From NCBI GenBank assembly GCA_046725875.1, contig JBKOZJ010000052.1, positions 1-60,736 of the forward strand: a DNA stretch of 60,736 bases, read 5' to 3'. A program made the translations under genes and the position numbers. The DNA is from Actinomycetota bacterium (lineage in GTDB: Bacteria; Actinomycetota; Actinomycetes; JAKEEW01). The notes under the pieces were generated by a model that was not told where the DNA came from, made no database searches, and was given only the letters and a program-made list of their open reading frames with translations. Positions 38,956 to 51,242 of the stretch are shown here, in pieces (within the stretch, counting starts at the first letter, position 1; every line of letters starts with the position of its first letter).

Positions 38956-40389
38956 TTACTCCCAGCGGGCGCGCAGCGCCGACGTTCCGAGCAGCTCGAA
39001 GACGTGCGGGCCGATCTGGGTCACGTCGCCGGCACCGATGGTCATGACCAAGTCGCCCGGCCTGGCCAGCGAAGCAACCAGCGCGGGAACCGCGGTCCAG
39101 GCGGGCTCGAAGTGGACCAGCTCCTGCGGGAGCGGTACAGCCCGACTGATCAATGATCCGTCCACTCCGGGAAGGGGATCTTCACGTGCCGCATAGACGT
39201 CCATCACCACAACCTCGTCCGCGAGGCCGAGCGCGGCACCGAAGCCGGCGGCGAAGATCTGGGTCCGGCTGTAGAGATGAGGCTGGAAGACGGCGATCAC
39301 CCGGCCGTTCCCGACCACCTCCCGTGCGGCCCGGAGGATCACCGATACCTCGGTTGGATGGTGGGAGTAGTCGTCCACCACACGCACCCCACCGGCGACG
39401 CCGACGAGATCGAAGCGGCGTCGTACACCGGCGTAGTCGGCAAGACCGGAGCGCAGGCAGTCGGGCGAGGCGCCGAGCATGCAACCGGCGAGAAACGCGC
39501 CGGTTGCGTTCAGCACATTGTGCTGGCCCGGCACCCGGATCCAGAAGCGGCCGTAGCTCATTTGGTGGTCGGCAAGCTCGAAGCTGGACCCACCCTCCTT
39601 GCTCTCGATGTCGAGGATCTGCAGCTCATTGCGCGGATCCTCACCATAAGTGCGGACGGCGATACCAAGCCCGCGCGCGGTGCCGGCGAGGCCCGCCGCC
39701 CCCGGGTCGTCGCCACAAGTGACGAGCGTGCCACCCGGCTCGATCCGGCGCGCGAACGCGGCGAACGCCGCGGTCACGGCCTCTGGCGTGCCGTAGTGGT
39801 CCAGATGATCCGGCTCGACGTTGGTGACCACCGCAACAGTCGGCGTGTAGAGCAGAAACGAGCCGTCACTCTCGTCCGCCTCCGCGACGAATACGTCGCC
39901 CAAGCCGTCGTGCGCACCCACCCCGGTGTCGGCGAGCAGGCCGCCGATCGCGAAGGTGGGGTCGAGCCCGCACGAACGCAGCGAGATCGCCAGCATCGAT
40001 GTTGTCGTCGTCTTGCCGTGGGTGCCGGCGACGGCGGCAACCCGGCGGCCAAGCATCACGGAGGCGAGCGCGGCCGCCCGTGGGAGGATCAGGAGGCCAC
40101 GGTCGCGCGCCGCGACGTACTCCGGGTTGGTCTCTCGGACGGCCGTGGACACGACGACGGTATCGGCTTCGCCGATCTGGGCAGCGTCGTGGCCCACGTG
40201 CACGGTGGCCCCAAAGTCGCGTAGCTCGGCGATGGTCCGGGAGTATTTGGCGTCGCTACCGGTTACCCGCACGCCGCGAGAGAGCATGATCCGGGCGATC
40301 ACCGACATCCCCGCCCCACCGATGCCGACGAAGTGGACCCGGCCCAGCCGGTCCGGGGGCGGGATGTCGTCCTCGTACGGCACGATCAT
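38956..40389 (-). CDS. murC: UDP-N-acetylmuramate-L-alanine ligase
   Basis: [45 protein letters not shown] overlap with murG. Confidence 0.97.
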   Translation of the reverse strand: MIVPYEDDIPPPDRLGRVHFVGIGGAGMSVIARIMLSRGVRVTGSDAKYSRTIAELRDFGATVHVGHDAAQIGEADTVVVSTAVRETNPEYVAARDRGLLILPRAAALASVMLGRRVAAVAGTHGKTTTTSMLAISLRSCGLDPTFAIGGLLADTGVGAHDGLGDVFVAEADESDGSFLLYTPTVAVVTNVEPDHLDHYGTPEAVTAAFAAFARRIEPGGTLVTCGDDPGAAGLAGTARGLGIAVRTYGEDPRNELQILDIESKEGGSSFELADHQMSYGRFWIRVPGQHNVLNATGAFLAGCMLGASPDCLRSGLADYAGVRRRFDLVGVAGGVRVVDDYSHHPTEVSVILRAAREVVGNGRVIAVFQPHLYSRTQIFAAGFGAALGLADEVVVMDVYAAREDPLPGVDGSLISRAVPLPQELVHFEPAWTAVPALVASLARPGDLVMTIGAGDVTQIGPHVFELLGTSALRARWE

Positions 40390-41480
40390 CGCCGTCGCCT
40401 CGCCGCTCCGTGGATGATCCCCACCAGCTCCTGGTCTGCGTTCCGCCGCCCGAAGCGCGCGGCGGCCGCGCTCATCTGTCCGAGCCGGTCCCGGTCCTGG
40501 ACGAGCGGGATTACCGTCTCCGCTATATATGCGGCATGGAGGTGGGCGTCGTCCACCATCAGTCCGCCACCGGCCCGGACAACCGGCGTCGCGTTGAGCC
40601 GCTGCTCGCCATTGCCAATGGGCAGTGGCACGTAGACGGCGGGCAAGCCGACCGCGGCCATCTCGGCGCACGTCATCGCGCCCGCCCGGCACAACGCCAG
40701 ATCCGCGGCGGAATAGGCCAGATCCATCCGGTCCACGTATGGAATCGTGAGGTAACGCGGCTCGTACGGCTTCCGCGACACCTGCACTGTGTTGTTCGGG
40801 CCGGTCACGTGCAGCACCTGGACACCCGCAGCAGCCAGGGCCGGTGCCGCCTCGCTCACCGCGTCGTTGAGCCTGCGGGCGCCCTGTGAGCCGCCGGTCA
40901 CGAAGAGCGTCGCTCGGTCGACCTCGAGGCCGAAGTAGTCGCGTGCCTCGACGCGAGCCGCAGCCCGGTCGAGGGTCGCGATGGCGGGCCGCAACGGGAT
41001 GCCGATGTAGCGCGCCCGCGGCAGCCTGGTCTCCGGCGTGCTGACCGCGACGAAGTCGGCGAATCTCGCGCCTACCCGATTGGCGATACCGGGCCGGGCG
41101 TTGGCCTCGTGGACGACGATCGGTACGCCCCGGCGGCGGGCGGCGAGGTAGGCGGGCATCGCCACGTAACCGCCGAAGCCGACCAAGACGTCCGCCTTGA
41201 CCTCGTCGAGAATTTCGGCGACCCGGGAGACCGCGCCGGCCAGTCGGCCCGGCACCTTCACGAGGTCAGGGGTGGGTCGCCGCGGCAACGGCACGGCCGG
41301 CACCAGGGCCAGCCGGTAGCCGCGCTCTGGCACCAGGCGAGTCTCGAGGCCGCGCTGCGTGCCGAGTGCCGTGATGCCAACGGTGGGGTCATCCCTGCGC
41401 AGCGCGTCCGCCAAGGCCAGGGCCGGCTCGATGTGTCCGGCCGTACCGCCGCCGGCGAGGACGACATGCATCCCGCTCAC
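40386..41480 (-). CDS. murG: MurG glycosyltransferase
   Basis: [33 protein letters not shown]. Confidence 0.97.
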   Translation of the reverse strand: MSGMHVVLAGGGTAGHIEPALALADALRRDDPTVGITALGTQRGLETRLVPERGYRLALVPAVPLPRRPTPDLVKVPGRLAGAVSRVAEILDEVKADVLVGFGGYVAMPAYLAARRRGVPIVVHEANARPGIANRVGARFADFVAVSTPETRLPRARYIGIPLRPAIATLDRAAARVEARDYFGLEVDRATLFVTGGSQGARRLNDAVSEAAPALAAAGVQVLHVTGPNNTVQVSRKPYEPRYLTIPYVDRMDLAYSAADLALCRAGAMTCAEMAAVGLPAVYVPLPIGNGEQRLNATPVVRAGGGLMVDDAHLHAAYIAETVIPLVQDRDRLGQMSAAAARFGRRNADQELVGIIHGAARRRR

Positions 41481-42769
41481 CCGGCCCCCCGGTGCTGCGG
41501 ATGGCGCACGCGGCGCTCGCCGCGGCGGAGGAGGCGACGGAGGCGTCCTGGCCCACCGGCCGCCAACGCGTCCGCGACCCCTGGCTCGCTGCGCGCGAAC
41601 GACAGGAGCATGCCCAGCGCGAAGAGTGTGGGGAGCAGGGCGGACCCTCCATACGAGACGAGCGGCAGCGGTATGCCCGCAATGGGCAGCAGCCCGAGGA
41701 CGGCGCCAAGGTTGACGGCGGCCTGGACCAGTATCCATGCGGTGATCCCGGCGGCTGCGATCCGGACGAAGGGGTCCTTCGCCCGGATCGCGATCCGGAA
41801 CCCCGCGTACCCTAGCGCGGCGAACAGCGCGAGCACGACCAGCGCCCCGGCCAGGCCAAGCTCCTCGCCGATAATGGCGAAGATGAAATCGGTGTGGGCG
41901 GCCGGGAGATCACCCCATTTTTGCCGACTAGCCCCCAGCCCGACCCCAAAAAACCCCCCGGTGGCCAGCGCGTAGATCCCGTTCGCGCCCTGCCAGCCGG
42001 TGCCGTGGAAGTCGGCGAACGGATCGCCGAAGCTGTAGAGGCGGGCCAGCCGGTCCTCCTGCTGGTGGATGAAGAAGAGCACAACGACAGCAGTGGTCGC
42101 GACCAGAACGACGAAGCTACGCATTGGGGTGCCCGCCACCCACAGCAGAGCGAGCACGATCATGCCGAGGATCACCGTCGTGCCGAGGTCGTCGCCGAGC
42201 ATGACGAGTCCGGTGACCACGCAGCTGACCGGGATCAGCGGGACGAGCACGTGTTTGGTCTGGCCGAGGAGCTTGCGCTTACGCGCGAGCAGGTCGGCCC
42301 CCCACACGATAAGCGCAACCTTGGCGATTTCTGATGGCTGCAGCCGGAAGCCGGCGGCCAGCTCGATCCAGTTCCGGTTGTTGTTCACCTCGACGCCCAC
42401 CCCGGGCACCAGTACGACGCAAAGTAGGGCGACCGAGACCAGAACCATCGGGTACGCGAGGGCGCGGTAGGTCCGGGCCGGGATCCGAGACGCGATCCAC
42501 ATGGTCGGCAACCCGAGGGCAACACCGACGGCCTGCTTTTCCGCGAAGTAGTACGACTCGCCGTACGCCTTGAACGCGGTCACGCTCGACGCGGACAGGA
42601 CCATGACCAGACCAAGCGCCGTGAGCAGCAGCGTCGCGCCGAGAACCAGGTAATAGGAGGTCAGCGGCTTGTCGAGGAGCTTTGCCAGCCTGCTCGACCC
42701 AGGCCCGCCGGCGGGGGCGGCGACCGTCGCCGCCCGCGCCGGGGCGGTCGGAGCCTCGGTGGCGGGCAC
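41477..42769 (-). CDS. ftsW: FtsW SEDS protein
   Basis: [35 protein letters not shown]. Confidence 0.97.
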   Translation of the reverse strand: MPATEAPTAPARAATVAAPAGGPGSSRLAKLLDKPLTSYYLVLGATLLLTALGLVMVLSASSVTAFKAYGESYYFAEKQAVGVALGLPTMWIASRIPARTYRALAYPMVLVSVALLCVVLVPGVGVEVNNNRNWIELAAGFRLQPSEIAKVALIVWGADLLARKRKLLGQTKHVLVPLIPVSCVVTGLVMLGDDLGTTVILGMIVLALLWVAGTPMRSFVVLVATTAVVVLFFIHQQEDRLARLYSFGDPFADFHGTGWQGANGIYALATGGFFGVGLGASRQKWGDLPAAHTDFIFAIIGEELGLAGALVVLALFAALGYAGFRIAIRAKDPFVRIAAAGITAWILVQAAVNLGAVLGLLPIAGIPLPLVSYGGSALLPTLFALGMLLSFARSEPGVADALAAGGPGRLRRLLRRGERRVRHPQHRGAG

Positions 42770-42773
42770 GAGT

Positions 42774-44432
42774 TCAGGCCCCGTCAGAGGCCAGTCGTCG
42801 GGCAGCGGCGGCGAATTTCTCGCCGCGCTCTTCGTAGTTCGCGAACATGTCCCAGGACGCGCACGCCGGCGCGAGCAGCACGATGTCGCCGGGGCGGGCC
42901 AGCCGATGCGCGACTGAGACGACCTTGTCCATCACGTCAGTGTCGGCCGACTCGACCTCGATCACGGGTACATCTGCCGCGTGTCGGGCCAACGCGGCAC
43001 GGATCAAGCCTCGGTCCGCGCCGAGCAGCACGGCACCTCGCAGGCGGGCAGCCGTGCCGACGACAAGGTCGTCGAAGCGCGCCCCCTTGGCCAGGCCGCC
43101 CGCAATCCAGACGACGTGGTCATAGGCCGACAGGGACGCCGCGGCAGCGTGCGCGTTGGTTGCCTTCGAGTCGTCCACATACGTGACACCGGCGACCTCG
43201 GCAACAGTTGCGATGCGATGTGGCTCGGGACGGAAGCCGCGCAGCCCCTCCCGTACAGCCTCCGGTTCGACGCCGTAGGCCCGAGCCAAGGCCGCCGCGG
43301 CAAGCGCGTTGGCGACGTTGTGCGGAGCGTACGGCTGGACGTCGGAGACGGCTGCGAGCTCAGCGGCACTGTTTTCCCGGTCGGCGACAAATGCCCGGTC
43401 CACGAGGACGCCATCCACCACACCGACCATGCCGACCGCGGGCACACCCAGCGTGAAGCCGATGGCCTGGCACGCCTCGGTGGCGTCCGTGTCTTGGACC
43501 AAGCGCTCGGTCGCCGGGTCGGCGACGTTGTAGACGCATGCGACCTCGCAGCCCTCGTACGCCCGGCCCTTGGTCGCGTAGTACGCCTCGACCGACCCAT
43601 GCCAGTCGAGGTGGTCCGGGGCGAGGTTGAGTATGGCGGCCGCGTACGCGCGCACCGACCGCGACCAATGAAGCTGGTAGGAAGAGAGCTCGACGGCGAG
43701 CACCTCGAACCGCGGGAGCCCCTGGGCCGCCCGATCCACGACCTCCAGCAGTGGCGTCCCGATGTTCCCGGCTGCCACGGTTCGAACGCCAGCGGCGCTG
43801 AGCATCGCGGCCAGCATCTTCGTGGTGGTGGTCTTCCCGTTGGTCCCGGTCACGATCAGCCAGGGGGCCGGCCGGGCACCGCGCAGCCGCCACGCGAGCT
43901 CCACCTCGCCCCATACCGGGAGGCCCGCCACCAGAGCCGCCCGTAGTAAAGGCGCATCGGGTCGCCAACCGGGAGAGGTGACTACGAGGTGCGTCCCCGC
44001 TGGAGGTGCATCGAGCGCATCCTTGCCGAGCATGACGGTTGCGCCGAGGATCTCCAGCGCTGTCGCCTTGTCTCGCTCGGCGCTCCCGTCGCGTTTGTCG
44101 GTGACTGTTACGCGCGCGCCGAGTTGGGCCAGGACGTCCGCGGCGGCGAACCCGGAGACACCGATACCCGCGACGCACACGGACGCCTCGAGCCAGGGCG
44201 CCGAACGCCCAAGCCCGTCCGCGACGCCTACATCCGCCAGCCAGCCGGGTGGATGCGATCCGTCGCCGGCACCGCCGGCGACCCCCTCCGGCCGCCCCGG
44301 CGTTCGGGTGAACGTGCCATTCACTCGATCCGGCTCGGTATGAATGTGCCGTTCGCTCGAACCTATCGAGCGAATGTGCCGTTCGCTCGAACCTATCGAG
44401 CGAATGTGCCGTTCATGCGAAGGGGTGGTCAT
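42774..44432 (-). CDS. murD: MurD D-glutamate ligase with repetitive N-terminal extension
   Basis: [48 protein letters not shown] overlap with mraY. Confidence 0.95.
   Translation of the reverse strand: MTTPSHERHIRSIGSSERHIRSIGSSERHIHTEPDRVNGTFTRTPGRPEGVAGGAGDGSHPPGWLADVGVADGLGRSAPWLEASVCVAGIGVSGFAAADVLAQLGARVTVTDKRDGSAERDKATALEILGATVMLGKDALDAPPAGTHLVVTSPGWRPDAPLLRAALVAGLPVWGEVELAWRLRGARPAPWLIVTGTNGKTTTTKMLAAMLSAAGVRTVAAGNIGTPLLEVVDRAAQGLPRFEVLAVELSSYQLHWSRSVRAYAAAILNLAPDHLDWHGSVEAYYATKGRAYEGCEVACVYNVADPATERLVQDTDATEACQAIGFTLGVPAVGMVGVVDGVLVDRAFVADRENSAAELAAVSDVQPYAPHNVANALAAAALARAYGVEPEAVREGLRGFRPEPHRIATVAEVAGVTYVDDSKATNAHAAAASLSAYDHVVWIAGGLAKGARFDDLVVGTAARLRGAVLLGADRGLIRAALARHAADVPVIEVESADTDVMDKVVSVAHRLARPGDIVLLAPACASWDMFANYEERGEKFAAAARRLASDGA
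44308..44420. repeat. Palindromic 30-bp tandem repeat (2 exact copies, 1 partial, 1 degenerate)
   Basis: GAATGTGCCGTTCGCTCGAACCTATCGAGC at 44342 and 44372, partial copy at 44402; internal TTCGCTCGA/TCGAGCGAA stem. Confidence 0.95.
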
Positions 44433-45496
44433 GCGCCGGTGACCCATTCGGCGTAGAAGATGGCGAGACCGAAGGCGACGCACAAGCCCGCGACGATCCA
44501 GAACCGGATCACGATGGTGATCTCGTTCCAGCCGGCGAGCTCAAAGTGATGCTGGAGGGGCGCCATCCGGAAGACCCGCCGGCCCGTCATCTTGAAGAAC
44601 CCCACCTGGACGATGACCGACAACGTGATGATGACGAACAGCCCGCCGAGCAGGGCGAGCAGCAGCTCGGTACGCGTGAGGATGGCCAGGCCGGCGAGCG
44701 CGCCACCGAGTGCGAGCGACCCGGTGTCGCCCATGAAGATGCGCGCTGGGGACGCGTTCCACCACAGGAAGCCGAAACAAGCACCCATAAGGGCGGCGGC
44801 CACCACCGCGAGGTCGAGCGGGTCACGGACGTCATAGCACTTGGACGCGAGCGCACCGCTGGCAAGCGCGCAGCTCTGCCCGAACTGCCAGACTCCGACC
44901 AGGATGTACGACGCGAAGACCATCACCGACGTCCCGGTCGCCAAGCCGTCCAGCCCGTCGGTCAGGTTCACCCCGTTGGACATGCCCGCGATCATTAGAT
45001 ACGCGAAGATAACGAAGATCACCGGGCCGAGCTGGAGCCCGGTATCCCTGATAAAGGACAGCTCGGTCGACGCCGGGGAGAGCCCCCGGGTGTCCTTGAA
45101 CTGCAGCGCGAGCACCGCGAAGGTCACCGCCACGAGCGTCTGACCGGCAAGCTTCGCCTTCGCGCGCAACCCGAGGCTGCGCTGCTTAGAGATCTTGATG
45201 AAGTCGTCCATGAAGCCGACGATGCCGAGCCCGGTCATCAAGAACAGGACAAGGACGCCCGAAGCCGTCGGCGCGTTGAGGGTGAACAGCTTGGCCAGGG
45301 TGTAGCCGAAGAGTGTGGCGATGATGATGACTGCACCGCCCATCGTCGGGGTGCCACGCTTGATGTGGTGGCTGGTCGGGCCGTCGTCGCGAATCAGCTG
45401 GCCGTAGCCCTGATTGACGAAGAGGCGGATCGCGAGCGGCGTACCGAGCAGCGATACGAAGAGCGCCACGGCGGCGGCGATCAGGACGGCCCTCAC
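44429..45496 (-). CDS. mraY: Phospho-N-acetylmuramoyl-pentapeptide transferase
   Basis: [37 protein letters not shown]. Confidence 0.98.
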   Translation of the reverse strand: MRAVLIAAAVALFVSLLGTPLAIRLFVNQGYGQLIRDDGPTSHHIKRGTPTMGGAVIIIATLFGYTLAKLFTLNAPTASGVLVLFLMTGLGIVGFMDDFIKISKQRSLGLRAKAKLAGQTLVAVTFAVLALQFKDTRGLSPASTELSFIRDTGLQLGPVIFVIFAYLMIAGMSNGVNLTDGLDGLATGTSVMVFASYILVGVWQFGQSCALASGALASKCYDVRDPLDLAVVAAALMGACFGFLWWNASPARIFMGDTGSLALGGALAGLAILTRTELLLALLGGLFVIITLSVIVQVGFFKMTGRRVFRMAPLQHHFELAGWNEITIVIRFWIVAGLCVAFGLAIFYAEWVTGA

Positions 45497-47010
45497 CCGG
45501 CACCCTCCTCCGCGGCGGCATCCTCGGTATCAAGAAGGTCCAGCTCCCTAGGGCGACCACCCTCCCGGACCGTCCCGTTGGGGGCGAGCAGAGCCGCGGC
45601 GACCCGCTCGAGACCGATTCCCCTGGACGCCTTGACGAGTACGACGTCACCTGGGCGCAGTTCCGCCTCTAGCAGGGTTATGGCGGCCTCGGCGTTCGGC
45701 ACGTACGACGCGGTGATCGGCGGTCCGGCAGCAGCTCCCGTTGCGCCGCGTTGGATCGGCTCGGCCCCGGGGCCGACCGCGACGATGCGGTCGATTCCGA
45801 GCGTGGCGGCGAGCCGGCCGACTGCTTCGTGTTCCCGGACAGCGTGGGAACCGAGCTCGAGCATTTCGCCCAACACAGCCCACGACCTGCGACGGCGCCC
45901 GGCGGCCCGGCCCGCGACCGGACCGCTGGCAATCGCGACCAGGGCTTCCAATGCCGCGCGTACCGATTCCGGGTTCGCGTTGTACGCGTCGTTGATAACG
46001 GTGACGCCATCGACACGATCGGCAACCTCCATCCGCCACCGGCTGGTCGGGGTCGCCGCGGTCAACCCGGCGGCGACCGTGGCGACCTCCATCCCGAGGC
46101 TGGTGGCGGTGGCGGCGACCGCAAGGGCGTTGTCGACCTGGTGCCGGCCGTGCAGCCGAAGCGAGACCCGCGCCGCTCCGCCCGGGCAGACAAGCACGAA
46201 GGAGGCCCGGCCACGGTCGTCGAGACGGACGTCGCGCGAGCGGACGTCGCCGATCGATCCAAACGTGACCACCGGCGCCCGGCTCAGGGAACGCATCCCG
46301 GCAACGAGTTCGTCGTCGGCATTGAGCACCGTGACCCCGTCCGCCGGGACCGCCTGCACAAGCTCGCTCTTTCCGGCCGCGGTCGCTCGCTTCGTCCCGA
46401 ATTCGCCGGCGTGTGCCAAACCGACGTTGAGCACGATGCCGACCCGAGGCGGTGCGATCCCGCAAAGGTAGGCAATGTGCCCGCGGCCGCGGGCGCCCAT
46501 CTCGAGGACGAGATACCGGGTCGCCTCGTCGGCCCGCAGCACTGTGAGCGGAACACCGACCTCTGTGTTGTACGAGCCCGGCGGCGCGACGGTCGGAGCG
46601 TCGACCGCCAGCACCCGCGCCAGCAGGTCTTTTGTGCTCGTCTTGCCGGAAGAACCGGTGATCGCGACTACCAAAGGCCCGTCGCCCGTCTGCGCCAGGC
46701 GCGCGAGATGGGCGGATGCGAGCCGCCCGAGGGCCGCCACCGTGTCGTCGACGACGACGCACGGCACCCCGGCGATCGGGCGATCGGCCAGCACGAGCGC
46801 CGCCCCGGCAACGCGTGCGGCCGACGCAAATTCGTGACCGTCGACCCGCCCGCCCTTGATGGCTACGAAAAGGCAACCCTCGATGACGTGCCGAGAGTCG
46901 GTGACCACCGGGCCGGTTACCTCAACCTCGACCTTAGCTTGAGAGAGAACCGGGATCGCAACGCGCCCGCCGACGGCCGCCGCGACTTCGGCTGCGGTTA
47001 GTTTGATCAT
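45493..47010 (-). CDS. murF: MurF ligase
   Basis: [42 protein letters not shown] overlap with murE. Confidence 0.96.
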   Translation of the reverse strand: MIKLTAAEVAAAVGGRVAIPVLSQAKVEVEVTGPVVTDSRHVIEGCLFVAIKGGRVDGHEFASAARVAGAALVLADRPIAGVPCVVVDDTVAALGRLASAHLARLAQTGDGPLVVAITGSSGKTSTKDLLARVLAVDAPTVAPPGSYNTEVGVPLTVLRADEATRYLVLEMGARGRGHIAYLCGIAPPRVGIVLNVGLAHAGEFGTKRATAAGKSELVQAVPADGVTVLNADDELVAGMRSLSRAPVVTFGSIGDVRSRDVRLDDRGRASFVLVCPGGAARVSLRLHGRHQVDNALAVAATATSLGMEVATVAAGLTAATPTSRWRMEVADRVDGVTVINDAYNANPESVRAALEALVAIASGPVAGRAAGRRRRSWAVLGEMLELGSHAVREHEAVGRLAATLGIDRIVAVGPGAEPIQRGATGAAAGPPITASYVPNAEAAITLLEAELRPGDVVLVKASRGIGLERVAAALLAPNGTVREGGRPRELDLLDTEDAAAEEGAG

Positions 47011-48605
47011 CCGCGGTCCCCGTCCATCCGCTCCCGCAGACACTCCCGCAAAACAGCGCGGTCATCGAATTGCGCCGTCGCGTCGCCGATCTCCTGTCCC
47101 TGCTCGTGACCTTTGCCGAGCACGACCACGGTGTCGTGGGCTCCGGCGCGGCCCACCCCGTATTCGATCGCCGCGCGCCGGTCGCCGATCTCGATGACGT
47201 TGCCACGCTCGGCCGTCGGTACCGACCCGGCGCCGTCGAGCATGGCAGCGCGGATCGAGGCTGGGTCCTCGGATCGGGGGTTGTCGTCGGTAACAACGAG
47301 GAGGTCGGCGCCGCGCGCACCGACCTTCCCCATCATCGGGCGCTTGAGTCGGTCCCGGTCGCCGCCGCAGCCGAGCACCGCGATCACCTTTCCCTTGGTG
47401 ATTTCGCGAAGCGTCCGCAGCACGGAGGCGACCGCATCCGGGGTGTGCGCATAGTCGACCACGGCGCGGAACGGCTGACCAACGTCGACCCGCTCCAGCC
47501 GGCCGGGAACGCCGGCGCAGGAGCTGATTCCAGCGGCCGCCACCTCGGCCGGAACACCCTCGGTTACGAGTCCCGCCAGGGCGAGCAGGGTGTTCTCGAT
47601 GTTGTAGCGGCCCGGCAACCGCACGTGCACATGCGTCTCACTCGCCGTCGTGCCGACCTCCGGACTGGTGACACCATCGTCGGCGGGCGTTCGGCCGGCC
47701 ATGCGAGCCGGATCCCTGACCGCGGTGAATGAAGTGTCGGCCGGGCCGAGGTGGATATCCCTGGCGGTCCAGTTTGCCGGGACCGCGCCGGAAGGTGACA
47801 CCGTCACGATGGGTATCGCCGCATCGGAGGCGATCCGACGCCCATAGCTGTCGTCGATGTTCACCACGCCGCTTCGGGCCCGCTCGGGAGTGAATAGCGA
47901 CCGCTTGGCGGCGAAGTAGTCCTCCATGTCCGCGTGGAAGTCGAGGTGGTCCTGGCTGAGGTTGGTGAAGATGGCGACGTCGTACACGACTCCATCGACG
48001 CGGCCGAAGGCCAAGGCGTGGCTCGAGACCTCGATCGCGGCCGCTGTCACCCCGCGCTCCCGCATCACGGCCAGCAAGGCGTGGAGATCCGTTGACTCGG
48101 GTGTGGTGCGCACGCTCGCGATGGCCTGGCCGGCGATTCGCGTCTCGATCGTTCCGACCAGGCCGGTCCGGTGCCCCACGGCCCGCAGGCCCGCCTCTAC
48201 GAGGTAGGCGGTCGTCGTCTTGCCGTTCGTACCGGTCACGCCGACGAGCAGCAGCCCCGCCCCGGGGTTCCCGTACACCCACGCGGCGAGCGCCCCGAGC
48301 ACGTCCCGTGGTTGCGGCACGACCAGCACCGGAAGCCCGGTAGCGGTGGCCGCTGGTTCTCCCGACCGGTCGGTCAGGATCGCGACCGCGCCTGCCCTGG
48401 CCGCCGCGGCAGCGAAGTCGGCACCATGGGTGCGAGCGCCCGGCAGGGCGGCATACAGGTCACCCGGGCGGACGTCCCGTGAGTCGTGAGTAATGCCGGT
48501 GAGCAGCAGGCCGGCGCATCCTGGTGGCACGCTACGCACGCCGGCGACCTCGGCCGCACCGGCGAGCGGGCGGGGAGGTACGGCTTCTGGGCGCGGCATC
48601 GGCAC
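47007..48605 (-). CDS. murE: MurE ligase (DAP-type DNPR motif)
   Basis: [41 protein letters not shown]. Confidence 0.97.
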   Translation of the reverse strand: MPMPRPEAVPPRPLAGAAEVAGVRSVPPGCAGLLLTGITHDSRDVRPGDLYAALPGARTHGADFAAAAARAGAVAILTDRSGEPAATATGLPVLVVPQPRDVLGALAAWVYGNPGAGLLLVGVTGTNGKTTTAYLVEAGLRAVGHRTGLVGTIETRIAGQAIASVRTTPESTDLHALLAVMRERGVTAAAIEVSSHALAFGRVDGVVYDVAIFTNLSQDHLDFHADMEDYFAAKRSLFTPERARSGVVNIDDSYGRRIASDAAIPIVTVSPSGAVPANWTARDIHLGPADTSFTAVRDPARMAGRTPADDGVTSPEVGTTASETHVHVRLPGRYNIENTLLALAGLVTEGVPAEVAAAGISSCAGVPGRLERVDVGQPFRAVVDYAHTPDAVASVLRTLREITKGKVIAVLGCGGDRDRLKRPMMGKVGARGADLLVVTDDNPRSEDPASIRAAMLDGAGSVPTAERGNVIEIGDRRAAIEYGVGRAGAHDTVVVLGKGHEQGQEIGDATAQFDDRAVLRECLRERMDGDRG

Positions 48606-48626
48606 GGCCGTCGAGGGTACCGAAGC

Positions 48627-50795
48627 TCACCACGTGAGGCGCACTTGCGGTGACTTGGCGCCGGTCGGCGGTACCTTCAACGTCTTGAGCGCGAAGGACA
48701 TGACCTCGGTGAAGACCGGACCGCAGCCAAGCCCCCCGGTGTGCGGGCTGACTGGGTTCTGCAGCGTGCAGGAGACCACCACCGCGGGCCTGTCGGCGGG
48801 GGCGAAGCCGATGAACGAGGCCGTGTAGCCGCAGTAGCCATCGCAGCGCGCGTCGTACCGCTCGGCGGTACCGGTCTTGCCGGCTACCCGGTAGCCAGGG
48901 ATGCTCGCCATCGGCGCGGTGCCCTCCTCGGAGACCACCGACTCGATCATTCGGGTCACTTGGGCGGCGGTCTTCTCGCTGACCACCCGGGTCGCCCTGG
49001 CCGGAGGGCGCGGGGTGACATCGCCGTCCCCGATGTCAAGATCCGCGTGGAACGATCCCCTTACTGAATCGCCGAGGTACCCCTTGACCAGCGTCGGGGC
49101 GACCCGGACGCCGCCGTTGGCGATGGTCGCGTAGATCGCCGCCGCTTGCACCGCGTTGACCGACAGCCCTTGACCGAAAGCGACCGTGTAGCGCTGGGAG
49201 CCTGACCAGTCCTTAGCCGGCGCAAGGATGCCTTTGCTCTCGCCCGGGAATCCGATTCCACTGGGCTGGCCCACGCCGAAGGCCGCGAAGTAGTCGTGCA
49301 GCGTCTCCTTGGAGATCTTCTCGGAGACGAGCACCGCGCCAATGTTGCTCGACTTGGCGAGAACGCCGGCCACGGTGAGCGGCCAGACGTCGTGTGCGAC
49401 ATAGTCGTGGAAGGAGGAGCCGCCGCGGATAAGCACCCCTGGAACCGTCAGCTTCGTGCTCGGTCTTACCGCTCCCTGCTCGAGGGCCGCGGCCACCGTC
49501 ATCACCTTCGCCGTCGATCCCGGCTCGTAGATGTCGGTCAGCGCGCGGCTGCCGACGTCGTCTTGATCGGCGGTTCCAACGTGGTTCGGGTCGAAGGTGG
49601 GCGACTCGGCGAGGGCGAGAATCTCGCCAGTGCTCGGATCCATCGCCACGACGGTGCCGCTCTCCGCGCCGGTCTCGGTCACCCGCTTCGCGATGGCCTC
49701 TTGCGCCATCCATTGCAGGTCACGATCGATGGTGAGCTGTACGCCCTCGCCCGGGACCGCCGCCTTCCCCCGGTAGCCAGCCGTCGCGATCGGCTGGCCG
49801 TCGTGCGCCCGCTGGTAGGTGCGGGTGCCCGGCTCCCCGGCGAGAACGCTCTGCAGCGCGAGCTCTAGCCCGCCCCTGCCGGCTCCGCTCGCATCGACGA
49901 AGCCGAGCACGTTGGCGGCGACCTCCCCGCCGGGGTAGTACCGCTGCGGCTGCGGCTCCGTGAACAGGCCTTTGAGTTGGTACGACTCGATCCGGCGCCA
50001 AGTCTCGCGAGTTACGTGATCGGCAAGAGGTACGTACCTGCGCGGATGCGCTGGGTCGCCCAAGTCACCGAGCTTGGCTGCCAGCTGCCCTTCGTCCATG
50101 CGGAGCAGCGGGGCGAGGATAGCCGCGGTTCCCACCGGGTCGATAATCGTCGCCGGGTCGGCGATCACCTTGACCATGTCGAGCGTCGTGGCGAGCGGCC
50201 GGCCCGCCCGATCGATGATCGGCCCGCGGACCGCGGGCAGCGCGACCGTCTGCAGCCGGTTCTCGGTCGCCGCCCGAGCGTACCCGCGACCCTCAACAGC
50301 CTGGATCTGGACGAGCCGGGCTACGAAGCAAACCATGACCACCGCGGCGACCAGGATGGTGAACCGAAGCCGACGGCCCGGGCGTCCGATCCGGGCCCGC
50401 TGCCGAAGCCGCCGTCGCGCCGCAGCCGCCGGCCGTCGCGCCCGAACGGGACGCGGACGGCGACCGGCCGGCGGCGGAGGTCTGTAGGGACGGCCGCGGA
50501 TCGCCGTGGCCCGCGGTGTCTTGCCTCGTACAACAGGAGTGGTGGTCGCTCGACGAGCGCGGGGAGTGGCGGAACCGCCGGCCCGCGAGGCAAGCCGCCC
50601 GCGGGCGCTCGGGAGGCTGGCGCCGGACTGCCGGGCCCGGCCCGCACGAGCCGCCGGGGCCGCCTCCGGGCGCAGCGGGACAACGCCACGCGCTGACGAC
50701 GGGTTGACCCGACGCGCCCCGGCGCGGGTGCGGCCGTTCCGCTGCGCCCTGGCCGCCTCGATAGAAGTGACCGAGGCGGACCGGTTTCCGGTCAC
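48627..50795 (-). CDS. ftsI: Class B penicillin-binding protein FtsI
   Basis: EPGSTAK (SxxK), SSN (SxN), GKTGTA (KTG); TM anchor after an Arg-rich tail. Confidence 0.96.
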   Translation of the reverse strand: MTGNRSASVTSIEAARAQRNGRTRAGARRVNPSSARGVVPLRPEAAPAARAGRARQSGASLPSARGRLASRAGGSATPRARRATTTPVVRGKTPRATAIRGRPYRPPPPAGRRPRPVRARRPAAAARRRLRQRARIGRPGRRLRFTILVAAVVMVCFVARLVQIQAVEGRGYARAATENRLQTVALPAVRGPIIDRAGRPLATTLDMVKVIADPATIIDPVGTAAILAPLLRMDEGQLAAKLGDLGDPAHPRRYVPLADHVTRETWRRIESYQLKGLFTEPQPQRYYPGGEVAANVLGFVDASGAGRGGLELALQSVLAGEPGTRTYQRAHDGQPIATAGYRGKAAVPGEGVQLTIDRDLQWMAQEAIAKRVTETGAESGTVVAMDPSTGEILALAESPTFDPNHVGTADQDDVGSRALTDIYEPGSTAKVMTVAAALEQGAVRPSTKLTVPGVLIRGGSSFHDYVAHDVWPLTVAGVLAKSSNIGAVLVSEKISKETLHDYFAAFGVGQPSGIGFPGESKGILAPAKDWSGSQRYTVAFGQGLSVNAVQAAAIYATIANGGVRVAPTLVKGYLGDSVRGSFHADLDIGDGDVTPRPPARATRVVSEKTAAQVTRMIESVVSEEGTAPMASIPGYRVAGKTGTAERYDARCDGYCGYTASFIGFAPADRPAVVVSCTLQNPVSPHTGGLGCGPVFTEVMSFALKTLKVPPTGAKSPQVRLTW

Positions 50796-51169
50796 TGCGC
50801 GGCTTCTCCGATCACCCGCCCACCCGGCACGGTCAGGAAGACCCGGTCGCCGGTCGGCCTCATTCCGAGCGCCTTCGCGGCCGCCGCGAGCCGCTGGGGA
50901 GCCTCCAGCTCATCGATCTGGCGCTGGAGGACCTCCTCACGATCGGTGAGCTGAGCCGACTGCCGGCGCATGTCAGTAAGGCGGAACGAGTCCTGCGACA
51001 GCGCGGTGTTGAGGAAGAGCAGCGTGCCCAGTCCGACACCGAGAAGCGCAACGAGAAGCAGAACGAACGGAGTCCGGGACGGCCGCCGCCGGTAGGCCGG
51101 CACGACGGCGAGGCGCGGCCGCTGCCTTGGCTGGGCGGCGCGCAGAAGCTGGGCGTGGATCGCGCTCAT
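50792..51169 (-). CDS. ftsL: FtsL-like cell division protein
   Basis: TM helix, coiled coil, P..LA..A..LGM; between rsmH and ftsI. Confidence 0.85.
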   Translation of the reverse strand: MSAIHAQLLRAAQPRQRPRLAVVPAYRRRPSRTPFVLLLVALLGVGLGTLLFLNTALSQDSFRLTDMRRQSAQLTDREEVLQRQIDELEAPQRLAAAAKALGMRPTGDRVFLTVPGGRVIGEAAQ

Positions 51170-51242
51170 CTGGATTCCCTTCTGGTGGTCTCCTCGCCGC
51201 TGGCACGGAGACGCACGCTCCGCCCGCGTCGCCACTGGCCGC

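Noticed and set aside
44308..44420. Mini CRISPR array
   Set aside because: Units are contiguous with no unique spacers, lie in a coding frame, and no cas genes are present
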